A stretch of 62,314 nt of DNA, counting the filler. It is 7 parts of 7 records of this genome, joined end to end, with 100 filler letters (N's around TTAATTAATTAA, not from the genome) between each part and the next. Parts side by side here need not be neighbours in the genome. Positions count along the whole stretch, not along the records: positions 1 to 6,983 come from DRR723986_10039; positions 7,084 to 12,652 come from DRR723986_10044; 5 more parts are not named here. One strand, written 5' to 3'. Under the pieces are notes generated by a model. It worked only from the letters and a program-made list of their open reading frames with translations, was not told where the DNA came from and did no database searches. A program made the position numbers and the translations under genes. Numbering within the stretch: position 1 is the first letter of the stretch; every line of letters starts with the position of its first letter. Below are positions 1-12,752 of this stretch, in pieces.

Positions 1-4
1 GCGA

Positions 5-796
5 TTATTCCACGTTGCGGGAGTAGAAGATTTCCAGCATTTCCCGGCGCAGGCGATCCTCGATGGACTGGGCTTCTGCCGGGTCCAGATCGCCGGCGTT
101 CACTCCGAACACATAGTTGTCCAGATTGAACTCCTTGAGCATCATCTTGGTGTGGAACAGGTTTTCCTGATACACGTTGACGTCGATCATCTGATACGCG
201 TTCTGGGTATCCTCGGTCAGGTAGTTCTGGATCGAGTTGATGTCGTGATCGATGTAATGCTTGGTACCGTCCACGTCACGGGTGAAACCGCGTACGCGGT
301 AGTCAACGGTAACCACATCCGAGTCGAAGCTGTGAATCAGGTAGTTCAGTACCTTCAGCGGTGAAATCAGACCGCAGGTGGACACGTCGATATCGGCCCG
401 GAAGGTGCTCACGCCATCATGGGGATGGCTTTCCGGATAGGTGTGCACCGTCACGTGGCTCTTGTCCAGATGCGCCACAATGGTATCCGGCAGCGGACCA
501 GGGGACTCTTCGTTATTAGCTTCGCTGTCGGACAGTTCGTGCTCGGCGATCAGCATGGTGACGGACGCACCATGAGGCTCGTAATCCTGGCGGGCAATGT
601 TGAGAACATTGGCACCGATGATCTTGACCACGTCGGTCAGAATTTGGGTCAGACGCTCGGCGTTGTACATCTCGTCGATGTAATCAATATAGGCTTCGCG
701 TTGGTCTTCGGTCTGCGCGTAACAGATGTCGTAGATGTTGAAGCTCAGGGATTTGGTCAGGTTGTTGAAACCGTGCAGCTGGAGTTTGGTTTCCAT
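5..796 (-). CDS. speD: S-adenosylmethionine decarboxylase proenzyme
   Basis: [18 protein letters not shown]-terminus and [14 protein letters not shown] autocleavage motif. Start moved to ATG at 796 (METKLQ), which has GGAGG upstream. Confidence 0.95.
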   Translation of the reverse strand: METKLQLHGFNNLTKSLSFNIYDICYAQTEDQREAYIDYIDEMYNAERLTQILTDVVKIIGANVLNIARQDYEPHGASVTMLIAEHELSDSEANNEESPGPLPDTIVAHLDKSHVTVHTYPESHPHDGVSTFRADIDVSTCGLISPLKVLNYLIHSFDSDVVTVDYRVRGFTRDVDGTKHYIDHDINSIQNYLTEDTQNAYQMIDVNVYQENLFHTKMMLKEFNLDNYVFGVNAGDLDPAEAQSIEDRLRREMLEIFYSRNVE

Positions 797-1029
797 GCTC
801 AGCCCCTCCGGGAAATGGAGATGAATGATCACAGGGAGAGGAACTCTCCCTGCCGAGGCCGCCACCGACTACTGACCGGGTGAATGGAACTGTTCACCTT
901 TTGCGCAGACCGGCGGAGAAAGTTGCGTATTATGCATACCGCAGGTGTCATTGAATAGTATTTGCAATGACATTTTTTATAACGGAAAGCCGCGGTTGCA
1001 GGGCGCTGGCCGGAATCTGCCCTGCCGTT

Positions 1030-1452
1030 CTAGCTGGCGGCCTGGATTTCGAAGCTGTGCGTGATCTCGACACCGGCTTTGCCCAGCATGATCGAGGCTG
1101 AACAGTACTTGTCGGCAGACAGGCTGACTGCGCGCTCCACCTGCTTTTCCTTCAGGTTGTTTCCGCTAACCACAAAATGAAGATGAATGCGGGTGAACAC
1201 AGCCGGCACCTCATCAGCGCGCTCCGCATCAAGCTCACAGTGACAGGCGGTCACGTCCTGGCGGCTTTTCTTCAGGATGCTCATCACATCGAAGGAGGAG
1301 CAGCCGCCCACGCCCATCAGCAGCAACTCCATCGGGCGCGGACCCAGATTCTCGCCACCGTGATCCGGGGGGCCGTCCAGTTGAACACTGTGGCCACTGC
1401 CACTGGTTGCTTTGAAGCTGGCATTGCCGGTCCAGTCGACGGTTGCTTTCAT
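1030..1452 (-). CDS. OsmC/YhfA family protein
   Basis: GPRPMELLLMGVGGCSSFDV and KYCSASIML motifs; divergent from crp as in many gammaproteobacteria. Start taken at MKATVDW. Confidence 0.9.
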   Translation of the reverse strand: MKATVDWTGNASFKATSGSGHSVQLDGPPDHGGENLGPRPMELLLMGVGGCSSFDVMSILKKSRQDVTACHCELDAERADEVPAVFTRIHLHFVVSGNNLKEKQVERAVSLSADKYCSASIMLGKAGVEITHSFEIQAAS

Positions 1453-1689
1453 CGGAGTTACCCCTGGTGCCTGAATGAATGGGCAGGATGCTAGCACAGT
1501 TCACTCCCTGCGGCATGATGTGGTTGCGACCAAAGCGGTATTGCCTTCAGATACATCCTGTATCCGCTTTTGAGTTGCCCAGAAGTTACCTTCTTGTTAT
1601 AAGTTGCGTGGCATATCAGTAAAACCCCTAACCCGCACGGACAGGCGGGGATATAAAAACGATCAGGAATCGCCAGACTCTGAGGAGGC

Positions 1690-2343
1690 ATGTCTCGCAT
1701 TATGGCTACCATTGTCAAGCCGGTTGAGCAGAAGACCAAACACCTGGATTACTTCCTTTCCCAATGCCATCGCCGGCGTTACCCAGCCAAAAGCACCATC
1801 ATCTATGCGGGTGATAAAAGCGATTCCCTGTTCTACATCGTCAAGGGCTCGGTCACTGTCATTATTGAAGATGACGATGGTCGTGAAATGATCATGGCGT
1901 ACCTTAATGCCGGTGATTTCTTCGGCGAGATGGGGCTGTTCGACAACATGGATTCCCGGAGTGCCTGGGTCAAGGCCAAGACCGAGTGCGAAGTGGCGGA
2001 AATCAGCTACACCAAGTTCCGGGAAATCGCCCAGCAGGATCCGCGGGTGTTGTACTTTATCGGTGAGCAGATGGCCTCGCGCCTGCGCCAGACCACACGC
2101 AAGGTAGGGGATCTGGCGTTCCTTGATGTCACTGGCCGGGTTGCCAGAACACTGCTGGATCTGTGCAAAGAGCCGGATGCCATGACTCACCCGGACGGCA
2201 TGCAGATCAAGATTACCCGTCAGGAAATTGGACGCATTGTTGGTTGTTCCCGGGAAATGGTCGGTCGGGTTCTGAAAACTCTTGAAGATCAAGGTCTGGT
2301 GCGGGTCAAGGGTAAAACCATGGTGGTTTACGGCACCCGTTGA
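1690..2343 (+). CDS. crp: cAMP receptor protein (Crp/Vfr)
   Basis: cNMP-binding GEMGLF...[35 protein letters not shown]. Confidence 0.97.
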   Translation: MSRIMATIVKPVEQKTKHLDYFLSQCHRRRYPAKSTIIYAGDKSDSLFYIVKGSVTVIIEDDDGREMIMAYLNAGDFFGEMGLFDNMDSRSAWVKAKTECEVAEISYTKFREIAQQDPRVLYFIGEQMASRLRQTTRKVGDLAFLDVTGRVARTLLDLCKEPDAMTHPDGMQIKITRQEIGRIVGCSREMVGRVLKTLEDQGLVRVKGKTMVVYGTR

Positions 2344-2377
2344 TTGTTCTCTCCCTCCCTGTAATGTCTGCATAAAA

Positions 2378-2409
2378 CGGTGCTCCGCTGTTGACGGGCA
2401 CCGCTTTTT
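2378..2409 (+). terminator. Intrinsic terminator after crp
   Basis: CGGTGCTC...GGGCACCG stem followed by CTTTTT. Confidence 0.7.
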
Positions 2410-2470
2410 CCCAGCATCTCCGTCGGTATATTTGCCGTTATCTGCTCCGTTACCTTCTCAGCTTTGATGG

Positions 2471-2568
2471 TGTCGAAGCACTTTACAGTTGTGCGCAGAC
2501 ACATTAATTGTGTGGTTTCTAACTAACTGAAATATAATCATCTTTTGAATTCTGGCAGGAATCGCGCA
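2471..2568 (+). promoter_or_regulatory. Putative sigma-54 promoter with upstream activator site for the PEP-CTERM gene
   Basis: TGTCGAAGCACTTTACA at 2471-2487; TGGCAGGAATCGCGCA at 2553-2568 with correct GG/GC spacing. Confidence 0.55.
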
Positions 2569-2612
2569 GGGACGGTTGAGTCACACATTGACTCACAAAA
2601 AGGAGTTTAACC

Positions 2613-3521
2613 ATGAAAAGAAAATGGATTGCCGGCACTGCTGGCCTGGCCGCAGCCGCCCTGATGAGTTCCGCCTCTGTTGCCGCGCCGATTACGGCAG
2701 ATGTTGTGTTTCTGGTCGATGAATCCGGCTCCATGGGTGGAGAGCACGCCTGGCTCAGCAATATGATTGCAAGCCTTGAGAGTGGTCTGGTCGGTGAGGG
2801 CGTTGGCTCTTCGGTAAGCAACCGGTATTCGCTGGTTGGTTTCGGTGGTTCGTCATTCAGCAACCATCTGGATCCCCATGCCCATGATATGGATGCCGTT
2901 ACTGCGGGCACTCAGGAGTGGGGCAGTTCCACCGATTTTGCTGCTGCAACGTCGACGCTGGTTACCAACGGTGGCACGGAAGATGGCTGGAGCGCGCTGG
3001 ACTGGGCAATGAATAACCTGAGCTATCGCGCAGATGCGGCAGTCAACTTCGTGCTGGTTACTGACGAGGATCGTGACAACACTAACGCCGCCCTGAATAA
3101 AGCGGGTTTGCTGGCGGGTCTGAGCAATAAGAACGCTCTGCTGAACGTGGTGGTGAATAATTACTTTGGTTGTGGTGCATCATCAACGAATGCCATTGGT
3201 ATTGACAGCGATAATAACGGTTTCGAGGCCGATGGATCCGGTGGTTTCACCAAGTGTGAGGGCGCTGGCGACATCGGTTTTGGTGCGGGTACGACAGGCA
3301 GCGACTATGTGGACTTGGCCTTGGACTCTGGCGGTGCAGCTTGGAACCTGAACATTCTCCGTTCCGGCGGTACTAATGCAGACTCCTTTACCGCATCCTT
3401 TGTGGATACCAAAGTACAGGAAATAAAAGACCAGCCTCCGGTTTCTGTATCAGAGCCCGGTACCCTGGCCCTCCTGGGTCTGGGTCTGACTGGCCTGGCA
3501 TTCCGCCGCAAGAAAGCCTGA
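2613..3521 (+). CDS. Secreted vWA-domain protein with PEP-CTERM-like sorting signal
   Basis: Signal peptide; MIDAS DESGSM; VLVTDED; C-terminal VSEPGTLALLGLGLTGLAFRRKKA. Confidence 0.85.
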   Translation: MKRKWIAGTAGLAAAALMSSASVAAPITADVVFLVDESGSMGGEHAWLSNMIASLESGLVGEGVGSSVSNRYSLVGFGGSSFSNHLDPHAHDMDAVTAGTQEWGSSTDFAAATSTLVTNGGTEDGWSALDWAMNNLSYRADAAVNFVLVTDEDRDNTNAALNKAGLLAGLSNKNALLNVVVNNYFGCGASSTNAIGIDSDNNGFEADGSGGFTKCEGAGDIGFGAGTTGSDYVDLALDSGGAAWNLNILRSGGTNADSFTASFVDTKVQEIKDQPPVSVSEPGTLALLGLGLTGLAFRRKKA

Positions 3522-3543
3522 TCGTTCGATCGAGGCTTGCAGT

Positions 3544-3578
3544 AACAAGGGCGCCTTCGGGGCGCCCTTGTTGTTTTT
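3544..3578 (+). terminator. Intrinsic terminator between convergent genes
   Basis: AACAAGGGCGCC / GGCGCCCTTGTT perfect 12-bp stem followed by a T-run. Confidence 0.9.
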
Positions 3579-3610
3579 GTGACCGTTGTCATCAGGGGCT
3601 TTGAGGTCCG

Positions 3611-4492
3611 CTAAGCGTTATTTCCAACAAAGGTTGATACAGACTGACAGATGGCGTCGGGCTCGGTCAGTGGCGCCCAGTGCGGGGCATCCAGTTCCTG
3701 CAGCGTGAGTTTACCGGTCCATTGCACCAGGCATTCGGTGAGTTGACGGCCAACATAGGCATCCCGGATAGGAATGATCACCTGAACGGGGCAGCGGGTG
3801 TGCCGTGGCCTGGGGCGTAGCAGTCTGGGCAGAAAGTTTGCCCGGTAGAGTTTTACGCCATATTGCCCGTCTGCCTTCTGCAAGGGGCTGAAGCGGGCAT
3901 CAGCGACCTGTTCCTGTTTCTTGAGGTAGCCGGGCCAGGCTTTGTCCAGCCCTGCTTTCCAGATTATTTCCGGAAGTAGCGGCAGCTGGAACAGAAATAC
4001 GTACCAGGAACTCGCCAGCTGCCGCAGTACCTTGGTAGTACCGTCGTTTGCTGGTGAGCCGATCTGATTGCGAATCCAGAAGCCGACATGATCCAGGCAG
4101 GGGCCGGAAATGGACGTGTAGGACCGAATACGCTGCTGGAGGTCGGGGTCGGTGACCGATTCCCAGCTCTGGATGGAGCCCCAGTCGTGGGCAACCAGAT
4201 GAAATGGCCGGTCGGGGATTATGGCGTTGACGACTGCTTGCAGATCCTTTGCCAGCAACGACAGGCGATAGTCCCGGGTCCGGGCTGGCTTGTCGGAACG
4301 GCCGGCACCGCGGACATCGTAACGAATCACCAGATACTCCTGGCTGAGTGCGGCCGTAACCTTGTCCCAGACACTGTGGTTGTCGGGGTAGCCATGTACC
4401 AGAACAATGGGCGTTGCTTTGGGGTTGCCCTCCGCAACGGCGTAGAGAAGAAGGTCTCCACTGGTCACCCAGTGTTCATGTTTGGTCGGCAT
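3611..4492 (-). CDS. Alpha/beta fold hydrolase (EphD N-terminal-like)
   Basis: VHGYPD, YDVRGAG, AHDWGS nucleophile elbow, C-terminal HW. Confidence 0.85.
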   Translation of the reverse strand: MPTKHEHWVTSGDLLLYAVAEGNPKATPIVLVHGYPDNHSVWDKVTAALSQEYLVIRYDVRGAGRSDKPARTRDYRLSLLAKDLQAVVNAIIPDRPFHLVAHDWGSIQSWESVTDPDLQQRIRSYTSISGPCLDHVGFWIRNQIGSPANDGTTKVLRQLASSWYVFLFQLPLLPEIIWKAGLDKAWPGYLKKQEQVADARFSPLQKADGQYGVKLYRANFLPRLLRPRPRHTRCPVQVIIPIRDAYVGRQLTECLVQWTGKLTLQELDAPHWAPLTEPDAICQSVSTFVGNNA

Positions 4493-4577
4493 CAGTCCGC
4501 TCCCGGCATAGTGTGTTTAAACGCCAGAGTAGCGATATCACTGGTCACACTCTGTGGCCAAAGGGGCCAGAAGTCGT

Positions 4578-5657
4578 TCAGTCCACCAGGGCAACCGATT
4601 TGATCTGGAGCCACACCGGCTGGCCAGGTGTGAGTGCCAGCTGGGCCGCGGAGCGGCTGGTGAGCCGGGACAGAAACGGAGTATTGCCAGCCAGCAGGCG
4701 CACCAGGGTGGTGCCGGGGGTGACGTCAGTCTCGACGTGATCCACCCGCGCCGGCAGCAAATTCTGGATACTCTGGTCGCGATGCTCCGTCAACGCGATA
4801 CTCACATCTCTTGCCAGTACCTGTATGCGGGCCTGGTCACCGTGCCGGAAGCGCGGATCCTGCCGTAGCCACAAGCTGCCACCATCAAAGCTGAAGCGGG
4901 CGAGATGCCATGGCTCATCCAGCGCATCCAGTGTTGCCTGAACCAGTACGCCTGCGTCTTCCTCCAGCCGAAACGGCTGGTCCACACGGGCCAGAGTCTC
5001 TTGCAGCGGTCCCTGTGCGATAACACGCCCGTTGTCCATCATTACAATGTGGTTGGCCAGGCGCGCCACTTCGCTGGTGGAGTGGGAAACGTAGATCATC
5101 GGAATGGCCAGATGGTCGCGCAGCCGCTCAAGGTAGGGCAGTATCTCCTGCTTTGAGCTCTGATCCAGTGCCGACAGAGGTTCATCCATCAGCAGCAGTC
5201 GCGGGCTGGTGAGAATGGCCCGGGCAATGGCAACCCGTTGTCGTTCGCCCCCGGACAGTCTGGCAGGCATACGCTCCAGAAGGTGGGCCAGCCCGAGCCA
5301 GGAGACGGCATCGTCAAATCGGATCTGGCGGTCCTGTGCCGGAACCCGGCGCTGCCCGAACGTCAGGTTTCGGCGTACTGACAGGTGGGGAAAAAGATGC
5401 GTTTCCTGGAACACATAGGCCAGAGGCCTCTGATGAACCGGTCTGAACAGGTTGTCTTTCTGCCAGGGCGTGCCCAATACGGAAAGCTGTCCGTGAGCCT
5501 GCTGCAGCCCGGCGATGCAGCGGAGCAGCGTGGTTTTGCCGCATCCGGAGTGACCGAATAAAGCGGTAATCCCGTTGCCGGGTAGCTTCAGGTCGACATT
5601 CAGTTCAAATCCGGGAAAGCGGCAGATAAAACGTGCCTCGATGGCTGTGGGATTCAT
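4578..5657 (-). CDS. modC: Molybdate ABC transporter ATP-binding protein
   Basis: Walker A GHSGCGKTT, LSGGE, LLMDEP, C-terminal TOBE/Mop; follows modB. Confidence 0.95.
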   Translation of the reverse strand: MNPTAIEARFICRFPGFELNVDLKLPGNGITALFGHSGCGKTTLLRCIAGLQQAHGQLSVLGTPWQKDNLFRPVHQRPLAYVFQETHLFPHLSVRRNLTFGQRRVPAQDRQIRFDDAVSWLGLAHLLERMPARLSGGERQRVAIARAILTSPRLLLMDEPLSALDQSSKQEILPYLERLRDHLAIPMIYVSHSTSEVARLANHIVMMDNGRVIAQGPLQETLARVDQPFRLEEDAGVLVQATLDALDEPWHLARFSFDGGSLWLRQDPRFRHGDQARIQVLARDVSIALTEHRDQSIQNLLPARVDHVETDVTPGTTLVRLLAGNTPFLSRLTSRSAAQLALTPGQPVWLQIKSVALVD

Positions 5658-6334
5658 CGCAGGGCCCCTGCCCGGGCCCTGCCATTGAGGACGTACAGGG
5701 TCACCAGGACGATGAAGGAAAACGCCACCATGCCCGCAGCCAACCAGTGGGCCTGGGTGTACTCCAGGGATTCCACGTGATCGTAGATGGCCACCGACAG
5801 CACTTTGGTCTCGCCCGGGATATTGCCGCCAATCATCAGGATGACGCCGAACTCGCCGATTGTATGGGCGAAGGTCAACACGCTGGCGGTGATGAAGCCG
5901 TTGCGGGCCAGCGGAATCACCACAAAGAAAAACCGGTCCCAGGGCCCGGCCCGGAGGGTGGCGGCGGTCTCCAGAAAGCCTTCACGGATACTTTCGAAAG
6001 CATTCTGCAGGGGTTGCACGGTAAAGGGCAGGGAATAGATAACCGAGGCCACTACCAGGCCCTCAAAGGTGAACGGTAGTAAACCAAGGCCAAGACGTTC
6101 TGTCAGTTGGCCGACCCAGCCATTCGGGCCAAGCAGTAGCAGAAGATAGAATCCGAGCACCGTGGGCGGCAGGACCAGTGGCAAGGCGACGACAGCAGCG
6201 ATGGGCTGGCGCAGCCAGTGCCGGGATCGTGCCAGCCACCAGGCGATGGGGGTTCCCACCAGCAGCAGTACCAGGGTTGTCAGTGAGGCCAGCTTCAGGG
6301 TCAGCCAGACCGGCTGCCAATAGGTTTCCAGCAT
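5654..6334 (-). CDS. modB: Molybdate ABC transporter permease
   Basis: LPLVLPPTVLGFYLL and FAHTIGEFG motifs. Confidence 0.95.
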   Translation of the reverse strand: MLETYWQPVWLTLKLASLTTLVLLLVGTPIAWWLARSRHWLRQPIAAVVALPLVLPPTVLGFYLLLLLGPNGWVGQLTERLGLGLLPFTFEGLVVASVIYSLPFTVQPLQNAFESIREGFLETAATLRAGPWDRFFFVVIPLARNGFITASVLTFAHTIGEFGVILMIGGNIPGETKVLSVAIYDHVESLEYTQAHWLAAGMVAFSFIVLVTLYVLNGRARAGALR

Positions 6335-6983
6335 CAGTCCGCCGTGTCGTATCCGTAGCCCTGAATAATCGCAACAGCGTCAGGGGATTGCAGGAAGGCA
6401 AGCCAATCTCTGGCGGCAGTATTGTCGGCACCACGCTTCAACAGAATCGCCTGCTGGTTGATGGGGGCGTAATAGCTTTGAGGAATTCGCCAGAGTGTTC
6501 CGTCCTGATCTGGCCAGGCTTTGACCTGAGCCAGCGCCACCAGCCCGGCCTGGGCATTGCCGCTGGCAATGAACTGGAAGGTCTGGGCGATGGAGTCGCC
6601 ACGGACCAGTTTGGGCTGCAGCGGTGACCAGAGTTCCAGGTGTTCCAGGACCTGCTGTGCGGCCTGGCCATAGGGGGCAGTTTTAGGATTCGCGATGGCC
6701 AGCCGCGAGAACGGCTGTTCGCTCAGGTAGGCGATGGGAGAGATAAAGGCCGCGGTCTCAGGGCTCCAGAGCACCAGCTTGCCCCTGGCATAGGTAAAGC
6801 GAGAATCGGGAACGGCCATCCCGTCGGATTCCAGTAACCGGGGGCGTTGAGCATCGGCCGCCATGAACACATCAAATGGAGCGCCGTTGCGAATCTGGGC
6901 GTAGAGTTTACCCGTGGAGCCGAAACTGGCGGTGACCCGGTGACCGGTTGAGGCCTTGAATGTCTCCACCAGACTGGCGGTGG
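6334..6983 (-). CDS. modA: Molybdate-binding periplasmic protein, 5'-truncated by contig end
   Basis: FGSTGKLYAQIRNGAPFDVF and IANPKTAPYG motifs. Confidence 0.93.
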
Positions 6984-7083
6984 NNNNNNNNNNNNNNNNN
7001 NNNNNNNNNNNNNNNNNNNNNNNNNNNTTAATTAATTAANNNNNNNNNNNNNNNNNNNNNNNNNNNNNNNNNNNNNNNNNNNN
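6984..7083. other. Artificial contig linker
   Basis: N44-TTAATTAATTAA-N44, with stops in all six frames. Confidence 0.99.
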
Positions 7084-8813
7084 TGGAAACCTTCCAGATG
7101 TCCCAGACCCGGGCATACAAGACCGGTGGTACGGTGCACATCGTGCTCAACAACCAGGTGGGTTTTACCACCAGTAAACGGGAAGATGCGCGTTCTACGG
7201 AATATTGCACCGACATCGCAAAGATGGTGCAAGCGCCGATTTTCCACGTCAACGCAGACGACCCGGAAGCCGTGCTGTTTGTCACCCAGATGGCGGTCGA
7301 CTTCCGTAACGAATTCAAGAAAGACGTGGTTATCGACCTGATCTGCTACCGGCGCCGTGGCCACAACGAGGCGGATGAGCCGTCGGTAACGCAGCCGCTC
7401 ATGTACCAGGCCATCCGTAAGCACAAGACCACCCGGGACTTGTACGCCGAGCACCTGATTGCCCAGGGTGTCATCACCGCGGAAGAGGATCAGCGCCTGG
7501 TAGACGGCTACCGCGACTCCCTTGATCGGGGCGAGCCGTTGGTCAGCAGCCTGGTCTCGGAGCCCGATACCTCCACCTTCGTAGACTGGACTCCCTACCT
7601 GGGCCACGAGTGGACCTTGCCCTGCGATACCTCTATGGATATCCACGCCCTGCAGGCGCTGGGGCACGACACCAACCTGGCGCCAGAGGGTTTTCCCATC
7701 CAGCGCCAGGTCGCCAAGATTCTTGAGGACCGACGCAAGATGGCAGCAGGCGCCATGCCGGTAAACTGGGGTATGGCCGAAACCCTGGCTTACGCCAGCA
7801 TCCTGCAGGCCGGCTATCCGGTTCGCCTCACCGGTCAGGATGTCGGGCGGGGAACCTTCTCCCACCGGCATGCGGTGCTCCACAACCAGAAGGAAGAGGG
7901 CATCTATGTGCCCCTCGAGCACGTCAGTGAAGATCAGGCGCCGCTAACCATTCATGATTCCCTGCTGTCGGAGGAGGCGGTACTCGCTTTTGAATACGGC
8001 TATGCCACGACCTCTCCCAAGGGCCTGGTAGTCTGGGAAGCCCAGTTCGGTGATTTTGCCAACGGCGCCCAGGTGGTCATCGACCAGTTCATTACCTCCG
8101 GCGAGCATAAGTGGGCGCGCCTGTGCGGCCTGACTATGCTCCTGCCCCACGGTTATGAGGGCCAGGGCCCCGAGCACAGCTCCGCGCGCCTGGAACGTTT
8201 CATGCAGCTGTGCGCGGAACACAATATCCAGGTCTGCGTGCCAACGACGCCCGCCCAGGTTTTTCACATGCTGCGCAGGCAGGCCATCCGGCCCCTGCGT
8301 AAACCGCTGGTAGTGATGTCGCCCAAGAGCCTGCTTCGGCATAAGGAAGCGGTTTCCACCATCGAGGAGCTGGCCCAGGGTCCTTTCCACAACGTGCTCG
8401 ATGAAACGGATGAACTGGACAAGTCGGCGGTGGAACGCATCATCATCTGCAGCGGGAAGGTCTACTACGACCTGCGCGCAGCACGCCGCGAGCGCGGCCT
8501 GAACAATATTGCCATCATGCGCCTTGAGCAGCTCTACCCGTTCCCCGAGACCGAGATGATGGCCCTGCTGGCTAATTATCCGAACATTGAGGACGCGATC
8601 TGGTGCCAGGAAGAGCCGATGAACCAGGGTGCCTGGTATGCCAGCCAGCATCATATGCGGCGGGTGATTCACAGGCACAAGGTGGATGTCTACCTGCGCT
8701 ACGTTGGGCGTGAGGCATCCGCTGCGCCTGCGGCCGGCTATATGGCTCTGCACCTGGCACAGCAGGAAGCATTTATCGACGAGGCACTGGGGCCGATGCC
8801 CTGGGGTAACTAG
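7084..8813 (+). CDS. sucA: 2-oxoglutarate dehydrogenase E1, 5'-truncated
   Basis: [48 protein letters not shown]. Confidence 0.97.
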
Positions 8814-8842
8814 TAACAACAGCATTTCAGCAAGGATTAGAA

Positions 8843-10060
8843 ATGGCTATTCAAATCAAGGCACCTGCCTTCCCCGAATCGGTTGCCGATGGCGAAGTCG
8901 CCGCCTGGCACAAGCAGGAAGGGGAGGCCGTCGCGCGCGATGAACTGATCGTCGAGATCGAGACCGACAAGGTGGTGATGGAAGTTGTGGCCCCGGAAGA
9001 CGGTGTGATAACCCATATCCACGTGGCGGCCGGCGACACCATCGAGAGCGAGGCCCTGCTGGCAACCCTGGAACCGGGTGCCGCAGCTGCCGTTGCGCAG
9101 GATGCGCCGCCCGCTGTCAGCGCAAGTCCGGAAACGTCGGCCGACACCAGCGCATTACTCGGTCCCGCCGCACGCCAGCTGGTCGAGGAACACAAGCTCG
9201 ACGCCGCGGCAATTCAGGGTAGCGGCAAGGGTGGGCGCATTACCAAGGATGACGTCCTCAAGCACCTTAAGGAAGCCGAACAGAGTGCGCCGGCTCCGGC
9301 GGCAGTGCCGGCCGCAGCCGCAACGGCGCCTGAGGTGCCCTCCGGTCCGTCCAGTGAGCGGATTGAAAAGCGGGTACCCATGACCCGCATGCGCGCCAGG
9401 ATCGCCGAACGCCTGCTGGAAGCTTCGCAGCAAACCGCCATGCTGACCACCTTCAACGAGGTCAATATGGCGCCGGTGATGGCCCTGCGCAGCAAGTACA
9501 AGGATCAATTTGAGAAGATCCATAACGGTACCCGTCTCGGCTTTATGGGCTTTTTCGTCAAGGCCGCCTGCGAGGCACTCAAGCGCTTCCCCGAGGTCAA
9601 TGCGTCGATCGACGGTAAGGACGTGGTCTACCACGGTTACCAGGATATAGGGGTTGCGGTTTCGACTACCGATGGACTGGTGGTTCCGGTGCTCAGGGAC
9701 GCGGACTTCATGAGTCTGGCGGATGTCGAGGCAGCCATCGCCGACTTCGGTGTTCGTGCCCGCGACAAGAAGCTGACTATCGATGACATGACCGGCGGCA
9801 CCTTCACCGTGTCCAATGGCGGGGTTTTCGGTTCTCTCCTGTCGACACCGATTCTCAATCCGCCGCAAACCGGCATCCTCGGCATGCATAAGATCCAGGA
9901 GCGGCCGATGGCGGTGAACGGGGAGGTTGTGGTGCTGCCGATGATGTATCTCGCTCTTTCCTATGACCACCGCCTGATCGACGGCAAGACCGCGGTCCAG
10001 TTCCTGGTGGCGGTGAAAGACCTGATCGAGGACCCGGCGAGAATTTTGCTTCAGCTGTAA
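8843..10060 (+). CDS. sucB: Dihydrolipoamide succinyltransferase E2
   Basis: Lipoyl motif EIETDKV; catalytic YDHRLIDG. Confidence 0.97.
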   Translation: MAIQIKAPAFPESVADGEVAAWHKQEGEAVARDELIVEIETDKVVMEVVAPEDGVITHIHVAAGDTIESEALLATLEPGAAAAVAQDAPPAVSASPETSADTSALLGPAARQLVEEHKLDAAAIQGSGKGGRITKDDVLKHLKEAEQSAPAPAAVPAAAATAPEVPSGPSSERIEKRVPMTRMRARIAERLLEASQQTAMLTTFNEVNMAPVMALRSKYKDQFEKIHNGTRLGFMGFFVKAACEALKRFPEVNASIDGKDVVYHGYQDIGVAVSTTDGLVVPVLRDADFMSLADVEAAIADFGVRARDKKLTIDDMTGGTFTVSNGGVFGSLLSTPILNPPQTGILGMHKIQERPMAVNGEVVVLPMMYLALSYDHRLIDGKTAVQFLVAVKDLIEDPARILLQL

Positions 10061-10084
10061 GCTGCGGTAGCTGTATTAACCTGA

Positions 10085-11536
<1,452 letters not shown>

Positions 11537-11598
11537 TTCGATTCGCCGGGATGGGCCACAATAATTTATAATGCGCTCCGCGATTCCGGCTAACTAGC

Positions 11599-11631
11599 CG
11601 ATGCCCGGGCGGCTACAGCCGCCGGGCATCG
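11599..11631. repeat. GC-rich inverted repeat between lpdA and sucC
   Basis: CGATGCCCGGGCGGCT-AC-AGCCGCCGGGCATCG hairpin without a U-tail. Confidence 0.6.
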
Positions 11632-11665
11632 ATAAACCACACGCAGCAAACTAACAGGACAGCAA

Positions 11666-12652
11666 ATGAATCTTCATGAGTACCAGGGCAAGCAGCTGTT
11701 TGCCGAATACGGGCTACCCGTATCCAAGGGCTACGCGGTCGACTCTCCCCATGAAGCCGTCGAGGCGGCGGACCTGATCGGTGGGGATATGTGGGTGGTA
11801 AAAGCCCAGGTGCACGCCGGTGGCCGGGGCAAGGCAGGTGGCGTCAAACTGGTCAAGACCAAGGACGAGATTCGTGATTTCGCGACGCAATGGTTGGGCA
11901 ACAACCTGGTGACCTATCAGACGGATGAGAACGGCCAGCCGGTGTCAAAGATCCTCGTTGAAGCCTGCACCGATATTGCTGAAGAGCTTTACCTGGGTGC
12001 GGTGGTTGATCGTTCGAGCCGCCGCATCGTCTTCATGGCGTCCACCGAAGGTGGCGTGGAGATCGAAAAGGTTGCCGAAGAAACCCCGGAAAAAATCCTG
12101 CGGGCCACCATCGATCCGCTGGTTGGCGCCCAGCCATACCAGGGCCGGGAGCTGGCCTTCAAACTGGGCCTCGAGGGCGACCAGATCAAGCAGTTCGTAA
12201 AGATCTTCCTCGGCCTGGCCAAGCTCTTCCAGGATAAGGACCTGGCCCTGATCGAAGTCAACCCGCTGGTCATCACCGAGGAAGGCAACCTGCACTGCCT
12301 CGATGCCAAACTGGGTGTTGATGGCAACGCCCTGTATCGCCAGCACGGTCTGCGCGAGATGCATGATCCCTCACAGGAAGACGAGCGCGAAGCGCATGCG
12401 GCCCAGTGGGAACTCAATTACGTCGCCCTGGACGGCAACATCGGGTGCATGGTCAACGGCGCCGGCCTGGCCATGGGGACGATGGATATCGTCGCCCTGC
12501 ACGGTGGGTTTCCCGCCAACTTCCTCGATGTGGGCGGCGGTGCCACCAAGGAGCGTGTTTCCGAGGCATTCAAGATCATTCTGTCTGACGACAACGTCAA
12601 GGCCGTACTGATCAACATTTTCGGCGGTATCGTGCGCTGTGACCTGATCGCC
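11666..12652 (+). CDS. sucC: Succinyl-CoA synthetase beta subunit, 3'-truncated
   Basis: [30 protein letters not shown]. Confidence 0.97.
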
Positions 12653-12752
12653 NNNNNNNNNNNNNNNNNNNNNNNNNNNNNNNNNNNNNNNNNNNNTTAA
12701 TTAATTAANNNNNNNNNNNNNNNNNNNNNNNNNNNNNNNNNNNNNNNNNNNN
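12653..12752. other. Artificial contig linker
   Basis: N-TTAATTAATTAA-N. Confidence 0.99.
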
